From assembly GCA_963705505.1 (NCBI GenBank), contig CAVPJU010000006.1, positions 416,001 to 480,000 of the forward strand: a DNA stretch of 64,000 bases, given 5' to 3'. Shown in pieces: positions 8,560 to 19,793 of the stretch. Below the pieces are notes generated by a model. It ran no database searches, was not told the origin of the DNA, and worked only from the letters and a program-made list of their open reading frames with translations. The stretch's first letter is position 1. Each line of letters begins with the position of its first letter. This DNA comes from an uncultured bacterium (GTDB taxonomy: Bacteria > Desulfobacterota_D > UBA1144 > Nemesobacterales > UBA2774). The translations under genes were made by a program, and so were the position numbers.

Positions 8560-10377
8560 ATGAGCCGTCCTTCGAAACTGACTTTAATACACGAGCAATC
8601 GAGGTCGTATAACAAGATAAAGTCAAAAGATATAATCGATTACCTTTACAGGGACTTTGTGCCTTACTACGAGATCCCCGATTTCCCCATGCAGATAACG
8701 TCGGCCTCAGGGAAGGTTATCGAGATCGTGGACGACCCCGCGGTTATCGTCGGGACGGCCACGCTTAATAGAACGAATAAACGCGTCGCTGTGATAGCGC
8801 AGCAGATGCCGTCAAGCGATGCGGAGAGGGCGAGGCTCAACTACGGACTCGTGAAAGCGGACGGCTACGCCCTTTCATACAACATGATGACTCACGCGGA
8901 GGAAAACGGCCTTATGCTCCATACGTATGTGGACACCATAGGGGGCGATCCGTTCGAATACTCCGCCGGCAAGCTCCAGTCGTGGCTCATCTCCAACTGC
9001 CAGGCCAAGATGATCTCTCTCCGGACAAAATCGATCTCAATAGTGATTGGCAGCGGTGGCAGCGGTGGCGCGATAGCGCTCCAGCTCGCTCACAAGAGGT
9101 ATATGCTTTCGCGTGCCGAATACTCTGTAATAACCGCCGAAGGCTGCTCCGCCATCCTCTTCCGGAGCGCTGAGAATATCGAAGGGGCGCTCGAGGTGCT
9201 CCAGCCGACTTCCGATTACATGCTCAAATACGGTATCGTCGACAAGGTAATAAAAGAGCCCGCGCTCGACAGCTCGGACTACAGAAAAAAGGTATTGACC
9301 AACATCGAGAAAACGGTCCTCACCGCTACCGAAGAACTTGAAAAATCCGATATAAAATACCTCCAGAACAACCTTGTGGAAAAAATACAGGAGTGCGGAG
9401 AGGTGGAGAAGCGCGAGCACACCTACCATACGATCGCAAGGAAAATCAAAAGCTGGCTCCCCCATTACTCTTTCGCCAGGACCGCGACATCCGATGTATC
9501 CCATATGCAGATAGCGCTTTACGGAGCGGAGCCCCACTTCTGCAATGACGAAAAAGACCAGGAGGGTAAGATCGTAAGGGCGGGATGCCGCAAGCACTTC
9601 GCCAAGGAGGAATTCCAGAAGAACTTTTTCGCGTGCCCTTACTGCGAGAAGCCGAACCCGCTCGGGTCACATGATTATATCGACCTGCTGCTGAACTCAG
9701 ATTCGTTCCATGAGCTTCATTCCGACCTCAGCGTCGACGATATCGATCTGAGGTTCAGTTTCCACGACTACAGCGAAACCCGCAAGAAAAACGCGGGCCG
9801 TATCGATTCGAAAGACTCGCTCGTTGTGGGATACGGGGAGATATTCGATCTCCCGGTCGCGGTTGCGGTCAGCGAGTTCAGGTTCATGGGGGGCTCGATG
9901 GGGGCGGTATTCGGAGAAAAAATGAAGCTCATCGCCGAATACGCGATCAGCGAAAACCTCCCGCTTATCTCCATAACCGCATCGGGAGGGGCGAGGATGC
10001 AGGAGGGAACGGTCGCCCTTTATCAGATGGCCAAAACAATCTCGGCTATCCTGAAAATAAAAGAAGCCGGACTCCCTTATATATCCGTACTCGGGCACCC
10101 GACTACGGGCGGAGCGCTCGCGAGCTACGCTGTTCAGGGGGATTTTATAATCGCCGAGAAAAAGGCTACTATCGCCTTTGCCGGCGACAGGGTGGTGAAA
10201 CTGACGAGCGGCGGGAGGGGCGTTGACCCCGGCACGATGACTTCCGAGTTCTTCTCAAAGAGGGGCGGAATTCATCTCGTTACCGAGAGAAGCCAGCTGA
10301 AATCCTCTATCGCGGGCGTATTGAGGCTCACACCCTGGTATAGCAGACTTAAAACTAATTCATCATTAAACGATTAG
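8560..10377 (+). CDS. Fused acetyl-CoA carboxylase carboxyltransferase, alpha (AccA-like) then beta (AccD-like)
   Basis: N-half has GSGGSGGAIAL and YSVITAEGCSAIL (AccA); C-half has a Cys zinc-finger, FMGGSMG, ASGGARMQEG and PTTGG (AccD). Confidence 0.85.
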   Translation: MSRPSKLTLIHEQSRSYNKIKSKDIIDYLYRDFVPYYEIPDFPMQITSASGKVIEIVDDPAVIVGTATLNRTNKRVAVIAQQMPSSDAERARLNYGLVKADGYALSYNMMTHAEENGLMLHTYVDTIGGDPFEYSAGKLQSWLISNCQAKMISLRTKSISIVIGSGGSGGAIALQLAHKRYMLSRAEYSVITAEGCSAILFRSAENIEGALEVLQPTSDYMLKYGIVDKVIKEPALDSSDYRKKVLTNIEKTVLTATEELEKSDIKYLQNNLVEKIQECGEVEKREHTYHTIARKIKSWLPHYSFARTATSDVSHMQIALYGAEPHFCNDEKDQEGKIVRAGCRKHFAKEEFQKNFFACPYCEKPNPLGSHDYIDLLLNSDSFHELHSDLSVDDIDLRFSFHDYSETRKKNAGRIDSKDSLVVGYGEIFDLPVAVAVSEFRFMGGSMGAVFGEKMKLIAEYAISENLPLISITASGGARMQEGTVALYQMAKTISAILKIKEAGLPYISVLGHPTTGGALASYAVQGDFIIAEKKATIAFAGDRVVKLTSGGRGVDPGTMTSEFFSKRGGIHLVTERSQLKSSIAGVLRLTPWYSRLKTNSSLND

Positions 10378-10542
10378 TCGGGTGGCGTAAGAGACGGGCT
10401 TTTTTAACTTTTTCCGGCTCCGTAGGAGTAATGCCGCTATATTCAAAAAATGTTATGATTGTTCCTTAAACAAAAACCTCAGATCAGGGGGGTAAGTTTT
10501 TAACGTGTCTAAAATTTATTGCCCGTTTCCTCTCCAGCCCGT

Positions 10543-12426
10543 ATGAACTTTAAATCCGATAGAGAAATTAGAAAAGAAGATAAAAAGGTCGTGATAATCG
10601 GAGCCGGACCTGCCGGTCTCACGGCCGCCTACGAGCTTTCAAAAGCCGGGATAAAATCGACCGTAGTTGAAAAAGACGGCGTTGTCGGGGGACTTGCCAG
10701 AACCGTCAATTACGGGGGCTACCGTTTTGACATCGGAGGGCACCGCTTCTTTACCAAGGTGCGCGCTGTGGAACGCATGTGGCAGGAGGTGCTGGGCGAT
10801 GATTTTCTAAAGAGAAAACGCCTCTCGCGAATATACTACAATAACAGGTTTTTTTATTATCCCTTCCGCGTGACGAACGCCCTTTTCGGCCTCGGCGTCT
10901 GGAACAGCTTCCTCATCGCGGTCAGCTACCTAAAATCGCAGCTATTCCCGGAATTGCCCGAGGACACATTCGACAAATGGGTTTCCAACCGCTTCGGAAA
11001 ACGTCTTTATGAGCTTTTTTTCAAAACATACACCGAAAAGGTATGGGGAATACCATGCACTGAAATCAGCGCCGAATGGGCGTCCCAGAGGATAAAGGGA
11101 CTCTCGCTTTTACAGGCATTAAAAAACGCCCTGCTCAAGGAAACGAATTCAAATAAGGAAGAAATAATCAAGACCCTCATCGACAGCTTCAATTACCCAA
11201 AATTCGGGCCGGGCATGATGTGGGAGACCGTTGCCGAAAAGGTTACGGACGACGGGAGCGAGCTGTTATTAAATTCCGATGTCCGGAAAATCCATACAGC
11301 GAACGGCAGAGTGGAAAAGATCGAACTCGGCGGAAGCGCCGGGGAGAAACATGTCTACGGGACTGATTTCATAAGCAGCATGCCCATCAGGGAGCTAGTA
11401 CAAAAGCTTGAGCCCGGGCCGCCGGGGGAAGTAGTTAATGCCGCCGCCCGGCTCAATTACAGGGATTTCCTTACCGTTTCCCTCATAATCAATAAACCCG
11501 ACGTGTTTCCGGATAACTGGATATACATCCACGAGCCGGGAGTAAAACTAGGGAGGGTCCAGAACTTCAAAAACTGGAGCGACGACATGGTCCCCGACCG
11601 TGAGAAAACATGCCTCGGGCTTGAGTACTTCTGTTTTGAGGGGGACGGGCTATGGTCAATGGACGACAGGGAGCTGATAGACCTCGCGAAAGGCGAGCTC
11701 GAAAAGATAAACCTCGTAAACACTTCGCTCATTGAGGACGGCACTGTCGTCAGGATGCCCAAAGCCTATCCGGTTTACGACGCTAACTATCATGAATCCT
11801 TGAGGATTATCCGCGAATACCTGGGGGGAATTCAAAACTTACAGCTCGTCGGCCGTAACGGGATGCACAAGTACAACAATCAGGACCACTCCATGCTCAC
11901 CGCCATGCTCGCCGTGAAGAATATATTGGGTGCCGATTATGATCTTTGGAAGGTAAACGCGGAACAGGAATATCATGAGGAGGCGATGGAAACCGGGGCT
12001 AAGGGCCTTGATGAATTCCGGGACCTCGCAGCGACACAGCCGAGGGTACCGGAGCCCGCATACGCAAACCGGAATTCAGAGCTCGATCAGGCAATTATAA
12101 AGGCTTTTGCGCGTCTGGATAAACTCGCATTTGCAGTTTCCGTGGGCGCCGTTTGCGGCCTGGCCATTTTCCTCGTTACTATATTACTCATCTTAAAGGG
12201 AGGGCCGGTTGTCGGACCTACACTCGAGCTTCTCAATCAATATTTCGCGGGCTATTCGGTAAGCCTTAAGGGAGCTTTTATCGGGTTCGGTTATAGTTTC
12301 TTCTGGGGCTTTATTTTCGGGTGGTTTTTTGCATACTTAAGGAACTTCTTTACCGGTCTTTTCATTTTCAGAATTAAAAAGGAAAGGGAGATCTCGTCGT
12401 TCAAGAATTTTATCGATTACATATAA
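10543..12426 (+). CDS. FAD-dependent oxidoreductase (UDP-galactopyranose mutase/protoporphyrinogen-oxidase-like) with C-terminal membrane domain
   Basis: IIGAGPAGL, FDIGGHRFF, GRNGMHKYNNQDHSM; hydrophobic C-terminal ~100 aa. Confidence 0.85.
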   Translation: MNFKSDREIRKEDKKVVIIGAGPAGLTAAYELSKAGIKSTVVEKDGVVGGLARTVNYGGYRFDIGGHRFFTKVRAVERMWQEVLGDDFLKRKRLSRIYYNNRFFYYPFRVTNALFGLGVWNSFLIAVSYLKSQLFPELPEDTFDKWVSNRFGKRLYELFFKTYTEKVWGIPCTEISAEWASQRIKGLSLLQALKNALLKETNSNKEEIIKTLIDSFNYPKFGPGMMWETVAEKVTDDGSELLLNSDVRKIHTANGRVEKIELGGSAGEKHVYGTDFISSMPIRELVQKLEPGPPGEVVNAAARLNYRDFLTVSLIINKPDVFPDNWIYIHEPGVKLGRVQNFKNWSDDMVPDREKTCLGLEYFCFEGDGLWSMDDRELIDLAKGELEKINLVNTSLIEDGTVVRMPKAYPVYDANYHESLRIIREYLGGIQNLQLVGRNGMHKYNNQDHSMLTAMLAVKNILGADYDLWKVNAEQEYHEEAMETGAKGLDEFRDLAATQPRVPEPAYANRNSELDQAIIKAFARLDKLAFAVSVGAVCGLAIFLVTILLILKGGPVVGPTLELLNQYFAGYSVSLKGAFIGFGYSFFWGFIFGWFFAYLRNFFTGLFIFRIKKEREISSFKNFIDYI

Positions 12427-12437
12427 CGGTCTGAGTC

Positions 12438-12767
12438 ATGAGCGGAAAAACAGAAGATGAGAAACTGCTTCAGGCAGTAGCAATATTGAATGCGAAGATG
12501 CTGGGTTTAATACTCGGCATAATATTCGGGCTCGTTATATTCATTGCCACGAACTGGCTGGTGCTGAAAGGGCCTCAGCCGGACGAATCGGGACAATATG
12601 TGATAGGCCCTCATTTGCAGCTTTTAAGTCAGTTTTTTATCGGATACAGGGTTTCGTTTTTCGGAAGCATAATCGGGTCTATTTACGGCTTCGCCGTCGG
12701 TACGATAGGCGGAGCCCTGATAGGATGGGTATATAACCGTATAGTTATTCTGAGACAAAAATATTAA
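12438..12767 (+). CDS. Small membrane protein homologous to the C-terminal domain of the upstream oxidoreductase
   Basis: Shared pattern G....GL.IF..T..L.LKG....GP.L.LL.Q.F.GY.VS..G..IG..Y.F..G...G...N. Confidence 0.75.
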   Translation: MSGKTEDEKLLQAVAILNAKMLGLILGIIFGLVIFIATNWLVLKGPQPDESGQYVIGPHLQLLSQFFIGYRVSFFGSIIGSIYGFAVGTIGGALIGWVYNRIVILRQKY

Positions 12768-12800
12768 TACCGGGGCATTAAATATATCTCAACCGGATAA

Positions 12801-14603
12801 GTGAATTTGACAGGCGACACAAAGTTAAAAAGGGCGTTCGTAGCAGACTTATTAAGACCGTATAAGAAATACATTCTTCTGCTGATCGTTTTATCATTTT
12901 TCGCATCCGCTTTGGACGGAATTTCCATAGGAATGCTCGTCCCTCTCCTCGGCGGTATTCAGCAGATAAAAAATTACAGCCAGCTCCCGGAAATCCTTCA
13001 ATCGGTTATAAAAATCTTCTCGGGATACCCGATCGAAAGACAGATACTTCTCTCTCTTTCTCTGGTCGTGCTGGCGCTGATATTGAAAAATCTCGTACTG
13101 GCAGTCGCGTATTACCTTGCGTACTGGCTCACAGCGCGATTGATCGAGAACTTGAGAATACGCGTCGTAAATACACTTATGGCGGTCGGAATCGGGTTCT
13201 ATAACAAAGTCAAGACAGGCGATCTCGTTGAAGACATGATCTATAATACGATCCTCACGGAAGAAATCATCAAAAAGTCGACAGAAGTCATTAATTACAT
13301 AATGTCCTTTCTGATCCTTCTGGCGCTTCTGATCATATTCTCATGGAAGCTTACGGCGGTTACGATCATACTAGCCGCACTCATAGCCTTCGCAGTGTCT
13401 ATATATATCAAAAAAATATCGCTTTACGGTCTTATGCTCGTGGACAGCGGAAGAGAGCTCACCGCATCGCTGCAGGAGAACCTATCCGGCATTCATGTAA
13501 TAAAGTCGTTTACAAAAGAAAGAGAGCAATCGCTTAAGTTGAGAAAACAAATCGGAAAACACGCGGTAAACCAAATCAATCTAAATTTTTCAGGGTTCAT
13601 GGTACACGTTATCACGGAAGCTTTCGGAGTTCTCGCTATCGGGATTCTATTCTTAATAGCGATAAAGAGCTCCGATATGGATTACAGGCTCGTGCTGACT
13701 CAGCTGCTCCCTTTCATTTACATACTCGCCCGCATACTCCCGCTCATAAAAGTAATAAATCAGTCGAGGGGGATTATTGTCAGCAGGCTTCCGGCGTTCG
13801 ACGCCGTATACGAGCTCATCAGGCTCGATAACAAACCCGTCATCAGGGACGGCCATAAGCCTTACACGGGCCTTCGCAGCGGTATCAGATTCGAGTCCGT
13901 CACGTTCTCTTATAATCACGATGATAGAGCCGCCCTGATCGATGCGGGGTTTTTTATACCCAAGGGCAAAACGACCGCGATAGTGGGTAAATCCGGGGCG
14001 GGTAAATCCACTGTCATCAACCTGCTCTTAAGATTTTATGACCCGCAGAAAGGTGCGATTTTTATAGACGACGAGCCGCTCACTGATCTTATCGTGGAAT
14101 CGTACAGGCGTAATATCGGCATCGTAAGCCAGGATACGTTTATTTTTAACGATACGGTCAGGAACAATATCGCGTTCGGCCTCCTTGACGCACCGTCCGA
14201 AGACATCATCGCCGATGCGGCGAAAAGAGCGGGAGCGGACGAATTTATAGTCGAATTGCCGGAGGGCTACGACACCATTCTAGGAGAAAGGGGTATCAGG
14301 CTCTCGGGCGGTCAGCGCCAGAGGATATCGATCGCCAGGGCTATATTGAAAAACCCGGAGATACTTATTCTCGATGAGGCCACGAGCTCATTAGACACGA
14401 GGACGGAAGAGCTTATTCACAAGGCAATCACGGACCTGAGCAGAAACAGGACGGTCGTAATCATCGCCCACAGGCTCTCGACGATCAAAAATGCCGAAAA
14501 GATAATAGTGCTGAATGAGGGCAGGGTCTCAGAGACGGGGGAGGAAAAAGAGCTTATGGAGCGAAAGGGGGAATATTACAAATTGGTCACCTCCGGCAGC
14601 TGA
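12801..14603 (+). CDS. ABC transporter permease/ATPase (MsbA/PglK-like flippase)
   Basis: N-terminal TM domain; GKSGAGKS, LSGGQRQR, ILILDEATS, IAHRLST. Confidence 0.92.
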   Translation: MNLTGDTKLKRAFVADLLRPYKKYILLLIVLSFFASALDGISIGMLVPLLGGIQQIKNYSQLPEILQSVIKIFSGYPIERQILLSLSLVVLALILKNLVLAVAYYLAYWLTARLIENLRIRVVNTLMAVGIGFYNKVKTGDLVEDMIYNTILTEEIIKKSTEVINYIMSFLILLALLIIFSWKLTAVTIILAALIAFAVSIYIKKISLYGLMLVDSGRELTASLQENLSGIHVIKSFTKEREQSLKLRKQIGKHAVNQINLNFSGFMVHVITEAFGVLAIGILFLIAIKSSDMDYRLVLTQLLPFIYILARILPLIKVINQSRGIIVSRLPAFDAVYELIRLDNKPVIRDGHKPYTGLRSGIRFESVTFSYNHDDRAALIDAGFFIPKGKTTAIVGKSGAGKSTVINLLLRFYDPQKGAIFIDDEPLTDLIVESYRRNIGIVSQDTFIFNDTVRNNIAFGLLDAPSEDIIADAAKRAGADEFIVELPEGYDTILGERGIRLSGGQRQRISIARAILKNPEILILDEATSSLDTRTEELIHKAITDLSRNRTVVIIAHRLSTIKNAEKIIVLNEGRVSETGEEKELMERKGEYYKLVTSGS

Positions 14604-14671
14604 TTACTGATATATTAAACCATGGCCTCCACGGGCGGGTGAGATTTAACAAAAAAAGCAGAAGAATAGTT

Positions 14672-15689
14672 ATGAATTCCGTAAATCCCTACATATCGGT
14701 GATAATCCCGGTCTATAACGGCGGGAGGTATATTGCCCGATGTCTCGAAGCGCTCGGGAAATCGTCATATAAGTCTTTTGAAATCATCGTCGTCGACGAC
14801 GCGTCCTCCGACAATACGGTCGAAATATGCAGGTGCTCCGGTGCTGCCGTTATCGAGCTTGCTCACCGGTCGGGGCCTGCGGTCGCGCGAAATGAAGGGG
14901 CGGGAAAAGCGTCGGGAGAAATACTGCTCTTTATCGATTCAGACGTCCTGGTGACCGAGAACACAGTCGGGACAGGCGGCGGACCGTTTTACTGAAAACC
15001 AGGATATCTCGGCCGTGTTCGGTTCTTATGACGACAGCCCCTCGGCCCCTGATTTTTTATCGCAGTACAGGAACCTGCTCCACCATTTCATCCATCAGAG
15101 ATCGGATGCGGACGCCGTGACATTTTGGGCGGGATGCGGCGCCGTCAGACGCAATGTGTTTACGGAGCTCGGCGGCTTCGATCAGGAGAGGTTCTCCGTC
15201 CCGTCTATCGAGGATATAGAGCTCGGCTACAGGATGCGGCAGAAGGGCATGAGAATAATGCTCGATAAAGATATTCAGGTAACGCATCTCAAACACTGGG
15301 AATGGCGCTCGGTAATCAGGACCGATATATTAAACCGCGCCCTACCGTGGTCGAAGCTGATACTCGAGACAAAACAGATGCCGAGGGACATGAACCTCCG
15401 CATTTCCGACAGGATCAGCACGGCTCTCTCCGGATTGCTGCTCATATGCCTGATCCTTATCGTCTTAGGTTTGTCAGGAGCTTACGATAAAGAAATTCTG
15501 GATAAGGTCGCCGTTTCCGCGTTAATAATAATTACAGCGCTGCTTATACTTAACAGGGACCTATACGGATTTTTCCTTCGAAAGCGGGGGTGGAAATTCA
15601 CGCTCCTCGCTATACCGATGCACTTCTTTTATTATCTCTATTGCGGCGCTTCGTTCGCGGTATGCTGGATACAAAATAAGATCTCTTAA
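14672..15689 (+). pseudogene. GT2 glycosyltransferase with one frameshift (probably a sequencing indel)
   Basis: ISVIIPVYN, VDDASSD and FIDSD in the first ORF; FW.GC...F..LGGFD..IEDIELG in the second. Removing one G from GGG at 14969-14971 joins them (VGQAADRFTENQDISAVFGSY). Confidence 0.85.
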
Positions 15690-15715
15690 AAGGGCATCAA
15701 ACAGGGACAGAAAAA

Positions 15716-16312
15716 TTAAGACCGGGATGACGTATAGGTTCCGGTGAGTTTTTTAACATTCTCCACTTCTTCGGGCTTGTCGAGAATCTCTCCCTTGCCC
15801 ATCTCATAAAGGAAATTCGCATTATCCCGTGGCGCGTAGCTTTTTACATTCGGATCGAAGAAAACCTCCTTCGTGTGCACAAGCCCCGCCCTGTTGTAGG
15901 ACGCAAGCTCGTACTTCATCCCCATCCTGAGTGCGTCGCATGGACACGCTTCGACACAAAAGCCGCAGAATACACATCTCATAAAATCGATATTGTAAAC
16001 CTTGGGTCTCCTCTCTATCCCGTAGTCATCGGCGGGCTCGGCCACTATCGATATGGCCTGCGTGGGGCATGCGACCTCGCAGAGCTTGCAGGCTACACAC
16101 CTTATCTCGCCGTCGTCGTCGGCAGGCATTACATGGAGACCCCGGTACCTGGGGGGAAGCTCCTTTACCTCTTCGGGGTACTGGATGGTAATGGGCCTGA
16201 AATGTATTAAATGCTTGATAGTTATAATCAGACCGTCCACGATCTGAGGCAAATAGAGCTTCTCATACCATGTGAGCTCGGGGTGTTTCAGTACTTTTAT
16301 CTTGATGGTCAT
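15716..16312 (-). CDS. nuoI: NADH-quinone oxidoreductase subunit I (stand-alone)
   Basis: TIQYPEE, RYRG.H, CVACKLCEVACP, RCVFCGFCVEACP. Confidence 0.9.
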   Translation of the reverse strand: MTIKIKVLKHPELTWYEKLYLPQIVDGLIITIKHLIHFRPITIQYPEEVKELPPRYRGLHVMPADDDGEIRCVACKLCEVACPTQAISIVAEPADDYGIERRPKVYNIDFMRCVFCGFCVEACPCDALRMGMKYELASYNRAGLVHTKEVFFDPNVKSYAPRDNANFLYEMGKGEILDKPEEVENVKKLTGTYTSSRS

Positions 16313-16383
16313 ACGAGCTACCCTGATTACGACTACATATAACTTATAACATATATCGCCGATTTTTAAAGCCGGTCCGCTTA

Positions 16384-18178
16384 TTAATGCGAACTGTCGG
16401 CCAGCTCTTTTTTAAGCCTCGAATAAACTATCAACCCGGATACGAGCGAGACGACGATCATCCCGGCACCCAGTATAAATGAACCGAGAAGCGCTTTCCC
16501 GACCCCCATCATCCCGAATAGAATGAAACCGACCCCGAAAACCCAGTTTATCATTACGGGGGTAAGCCGGGGCCTTTCGATCTCAGGGTTCAATTCGCTC
16601 ACCGGCTTCCACCATCCCCACGGACGCACCCTCTTGTAAAACGCCGAGAGGGTTTCAAGAGGCTCCGGGCGTGTGATGAAGGTCACCGATATCCAGACAA
16701 TCAAAGATACGGGGATCACCAATATCTGGTGCTTGAGCTCAAGCGGTATGCCCTTGGACCCGGTATATATGACCAGCACAAGGATAGCTAAAAGGGATGA
16801 GGCGAGCGCCGATATCTCGGACCACGCGTTTATCCTCCACCAGAACCACCTCAATAATATTACCAAGCCTAGGCCCGAGCTCATCGCCCAGAGGAAAATC
16901 CAGGCTTTTCCGATATTATCAATATGATACGCGAAATAGCCCGCAAGCACTGTCAGCACGAGGGTACAAATCCTTGAGACCTTTATATAGTGCCGCTCGC
17001 TCGCGTCTTTATGTATGAAGCGCCTGTAAATATCGTTCATTACATAAGACGCCCCCCAGTTGAGATGGGTCGAAAGGGTACGACATGAAGGCCGCGAGAA
17101 AGCTTACGAACAGGAGTCCCTTGAGCCCGGGCCCTAAAAAGTCCTTTATAACCACCACGTACATTGCTTCTTCATCCCCTCTGGCGGCATCGGCTCTCGG
17201 ATAAATTATCAGCGATGCCAGGGCGACGAGAACCCATGGCCACAGGCGGATAATATAATGGTTGACCGCGAACCAGGCCGTTCCGGCGACCGAATGACGC
17301 TCATTTTTAGCGGAACACATTCTCTGTATGAAATAACCACCGCCGTCCGTATTGTGGGAAGACCACCAGATGACCGTGATGTATACAAAAAACGTGAAAA
17401 AGCTCGACGACCAGAAGCCCTCGCTGACAGGCTTGCCGCCCGAGGGGGTCATGATAAACGCTAGATGCTTGGCGTCTATGGTATTCAGCTTGTCGAGGAA
17501 ACCGGAGAACCCTCCGATTGCGGGAGAGTTTATAACCACATAGGCGAGAATGATCGTGCCCGTGAGCGCTATGAAATACTGAAGGAAGTCAGTCAGCGCA
17601 ACCCCCCAGAGCCCCGACATCATAGTGTAGAAAAAAGCGATGGATATGCATATCACGATCGCTACAGTCGTGTCCACGCCGAAAAATATCTTCAATACCT
17701 TAGCCATCGCGCTTATGACCCATCCCATTACAATGAAATTAAAAAGCGTGGAATAATAAAAGGCTTTAAATCCCCTCAAAAAAGCGGCGGGCTTTCCGCT
17801 GTAACGAATCTCGTTGAGCTCATTGTCCGTAATGACTTCGGCCCGTCTCCAGAGCCTCGCGAATACGAGGACTATGAAGACGTGGCTGAACACGTAATTC
17901 CACCAGAACCAGTTCTTCCATATACCCTCGGTCCTGATCCATCCTGTTACGGCAAGGGGGGTGTCGGCTGCGAACGTGGTTGCCACCATCGAAGTGCCCA
18001 ACAGCCACCACGAAAGATCTCTGCCCGATATGAAATAGGAGGACATACTGCCGCTTGCCCTCCGTGTGAAATAGACGCCGAGCACAAGGGACGCAATCAT
18101 GTACACCGCTACAATAATCCAATCTAGGGGGCTTAAGGTTGACAGGACAGAATTCAGGGATACTCCCATGGACGGCAT
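16384..18178 (-). pseudogene. Sodium:solute symporter (SSS), frameshifted (probably a sequencing indel)
   Basis: SMVATTFAADTPL, QRMCSAKNE, AAFMS; removing one base at about 17080 gives [23 protein letters not shown] continuing into ORF 16384..17040. Confidence 0.85.
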
Positions 18179-18213
18179 AATCTACCTGATTAGGGCTTAA
18201 CGGGATAGTTAGA

Positions 18214-19755
18214 TTAAAATCCGGTATCGACGGGCATTATTCCTTTTGCTTCGCTATTCCCCAAAAGCACCCGGGCGGCGGCGGACTGGCATACGTTCAA
18301 GGAATCGAACGCGCAGATGACCGTGTCAAATCCATTGAAACCGGAAACTACGTACGGAGAGCCGAAGGATATGAGCACCTTCTCCGCCGGAAGCGCCGCT
18401 AATTCATTCAAGACGGTCCTGAAAAACTCCGGCAGGGACGACTGTTTTTTCCAGGCTCCGACCGTAGTGTAAACGAGGCATATGAGAGCGTCACGGTCAC
18501 CTGACTGATCAATCAATCTATTTAAATTCGTCGTAAAACCGACGTGGGCGGTTTTAAAATCTATACCTGCATTAGCGATGCTATTCGTAAACCCGCTTGA
18601 AATATCGCCGCCCGACTGCGTCACGTCGAATACGCAGACAAGCGCTTTCCCCGAGCGGAGCTTCCCGCCCTTAAGCATGCAGATCGAACCCTGCGATATG
18701 CGTTCTATAAGACCCGCTGCCGTTTGATTGCCGGCGGGCATCTGAGGGGGCGAATCTATCAACCGTGTGTTCTTCACGGAAATGATACGCCTGACGGAGC
18801 CGTTTAAAGTGCTTTCATTGACCTCCCCTGTGAGAGCCATATCGTGAAGCCTGTTAAGTAGCGATAGCGGGGCCCTGGGGTCGAGTATGATGTCGCAGCC
18901 TGCCTGCAGTGCGAGGTGGGAATTGTCCCCCTCGTCCCCAAGCTTATTTATACCCGACATGTGAAAAGAATCGGTTATAACCAGACCCTGATACCCTAAA
19001 CGTCTTCTGAGAACGCCGTTTACTATAGTCTCCGATATGGTCGCAGGAATATTCCCGTCTCCGATCTTCGGAAAAGCCACGTGAGCGGTCATGAGTGCGG
19101 CGATGTCCGACTCGATGGCCTTCTTGAAAGGAACGAGATTACAAGCCTCCAGCTGCTCCAGACTCATATCCTGAACCGGCATATCCTCATGAGAATCCAC
19201 TCCCGTGCCTCCGTGTCCGGGAAAATGCTTTCCGCAGGCGAGGATGCCGCCGTCCCGGGCTCCCCTGATAAAAGCCCCCCCCAGGCGGGATACGAGTCCG
19301 GGATCGTCTCCGTAGGAGCGTACGTTGATTATAGGGTTTTGAGGGTTGGTATTTACATCGAGCACGGGCGCAAAAATGAGATTCAACCCGCACTCCCTCA
19401 TTTCTCCGGCAATGAACAGTGCTTCTTCATAGACGAGCCCTTCGTCCCGGGCGGCACCGAGAGACATGGTAAAGGGAAAGAGCGCCGCTCCCGATACTAT
19501 CTGCCCTACCCCGCGCTCCGCATCGAGGCCGAATAAAAGAGGTATTTGAGAGATCGACCTCAGCTCTTCCGTTGCTTTCTTCAGAGACTCCTTATCCCCT
19601 CCGAAAATGATAAAGCCGCCGACCTTGTAGTCGCTCACGAGCCTCTTCGCCAGTGTAAGCGGATCGGGCTCCCTGAAATCGAGCCTCGGCATTACGACCT
19701 GACCCACTTTTTCGAGCGTGCCGAGATCAGCTGTGTTTACAGGTTTTATATTCAT
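18214..19755 (-). CDS. nagZ: GH3 beta-N-acetylglucosaminidase
   Basis: NagZ signature KHFPGHG-x4-DSH, DAERG, APVLD.N.NP.NPII..RS. Confidence 0.85.
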   Translation of the reverse strand: MNIKPVNTADLGTLEKVGQVVMPRLDFREPDPLTLAKRLVSDYKVGGFIIFGGDKESLKKATEELRSISQIPLLFGLDAERGVGQIVSGAALFPFTMSLGAARDEGLVYEEALFIAGEMRECGLNLIFAPVLDVNTNPQNPIINVRSYGDDPGLVSRLGGAFIRGARDGGILACGKHFPGHGGTGVDSHEDMPVQDMSLEQLEACNLVPFKKAIESDIAALMTAHVAFPKIGDGNIPATISETIVNGVLRRRLGYQGLVITDSFHMSGINKLGDEGDNSHLALQAGCDIILDPRAPLSLLNRLHDMALTGEVNESTLNGSVRRIISVKNTRLIDSPPQMPAGNQTAAGLIERISQGSICMLKGGKLRSGKALVCVFDVTQSGGDISSGFTNSIANAGIDFKTAHVGFTTNLNRLIDQSGDRDALICLVYTTVGAWKKQSSLPEFFRTVLNELAALPAEKVLISFGSPYVVSGFNGFDTVICAFDSLNVCQSAAARVLLGNSEAKGIMPVDTGF

Positions 19756-19793
19756 TCAGTCCGGAAATCCGTCATTTAAGTTAAACTTCGCAA

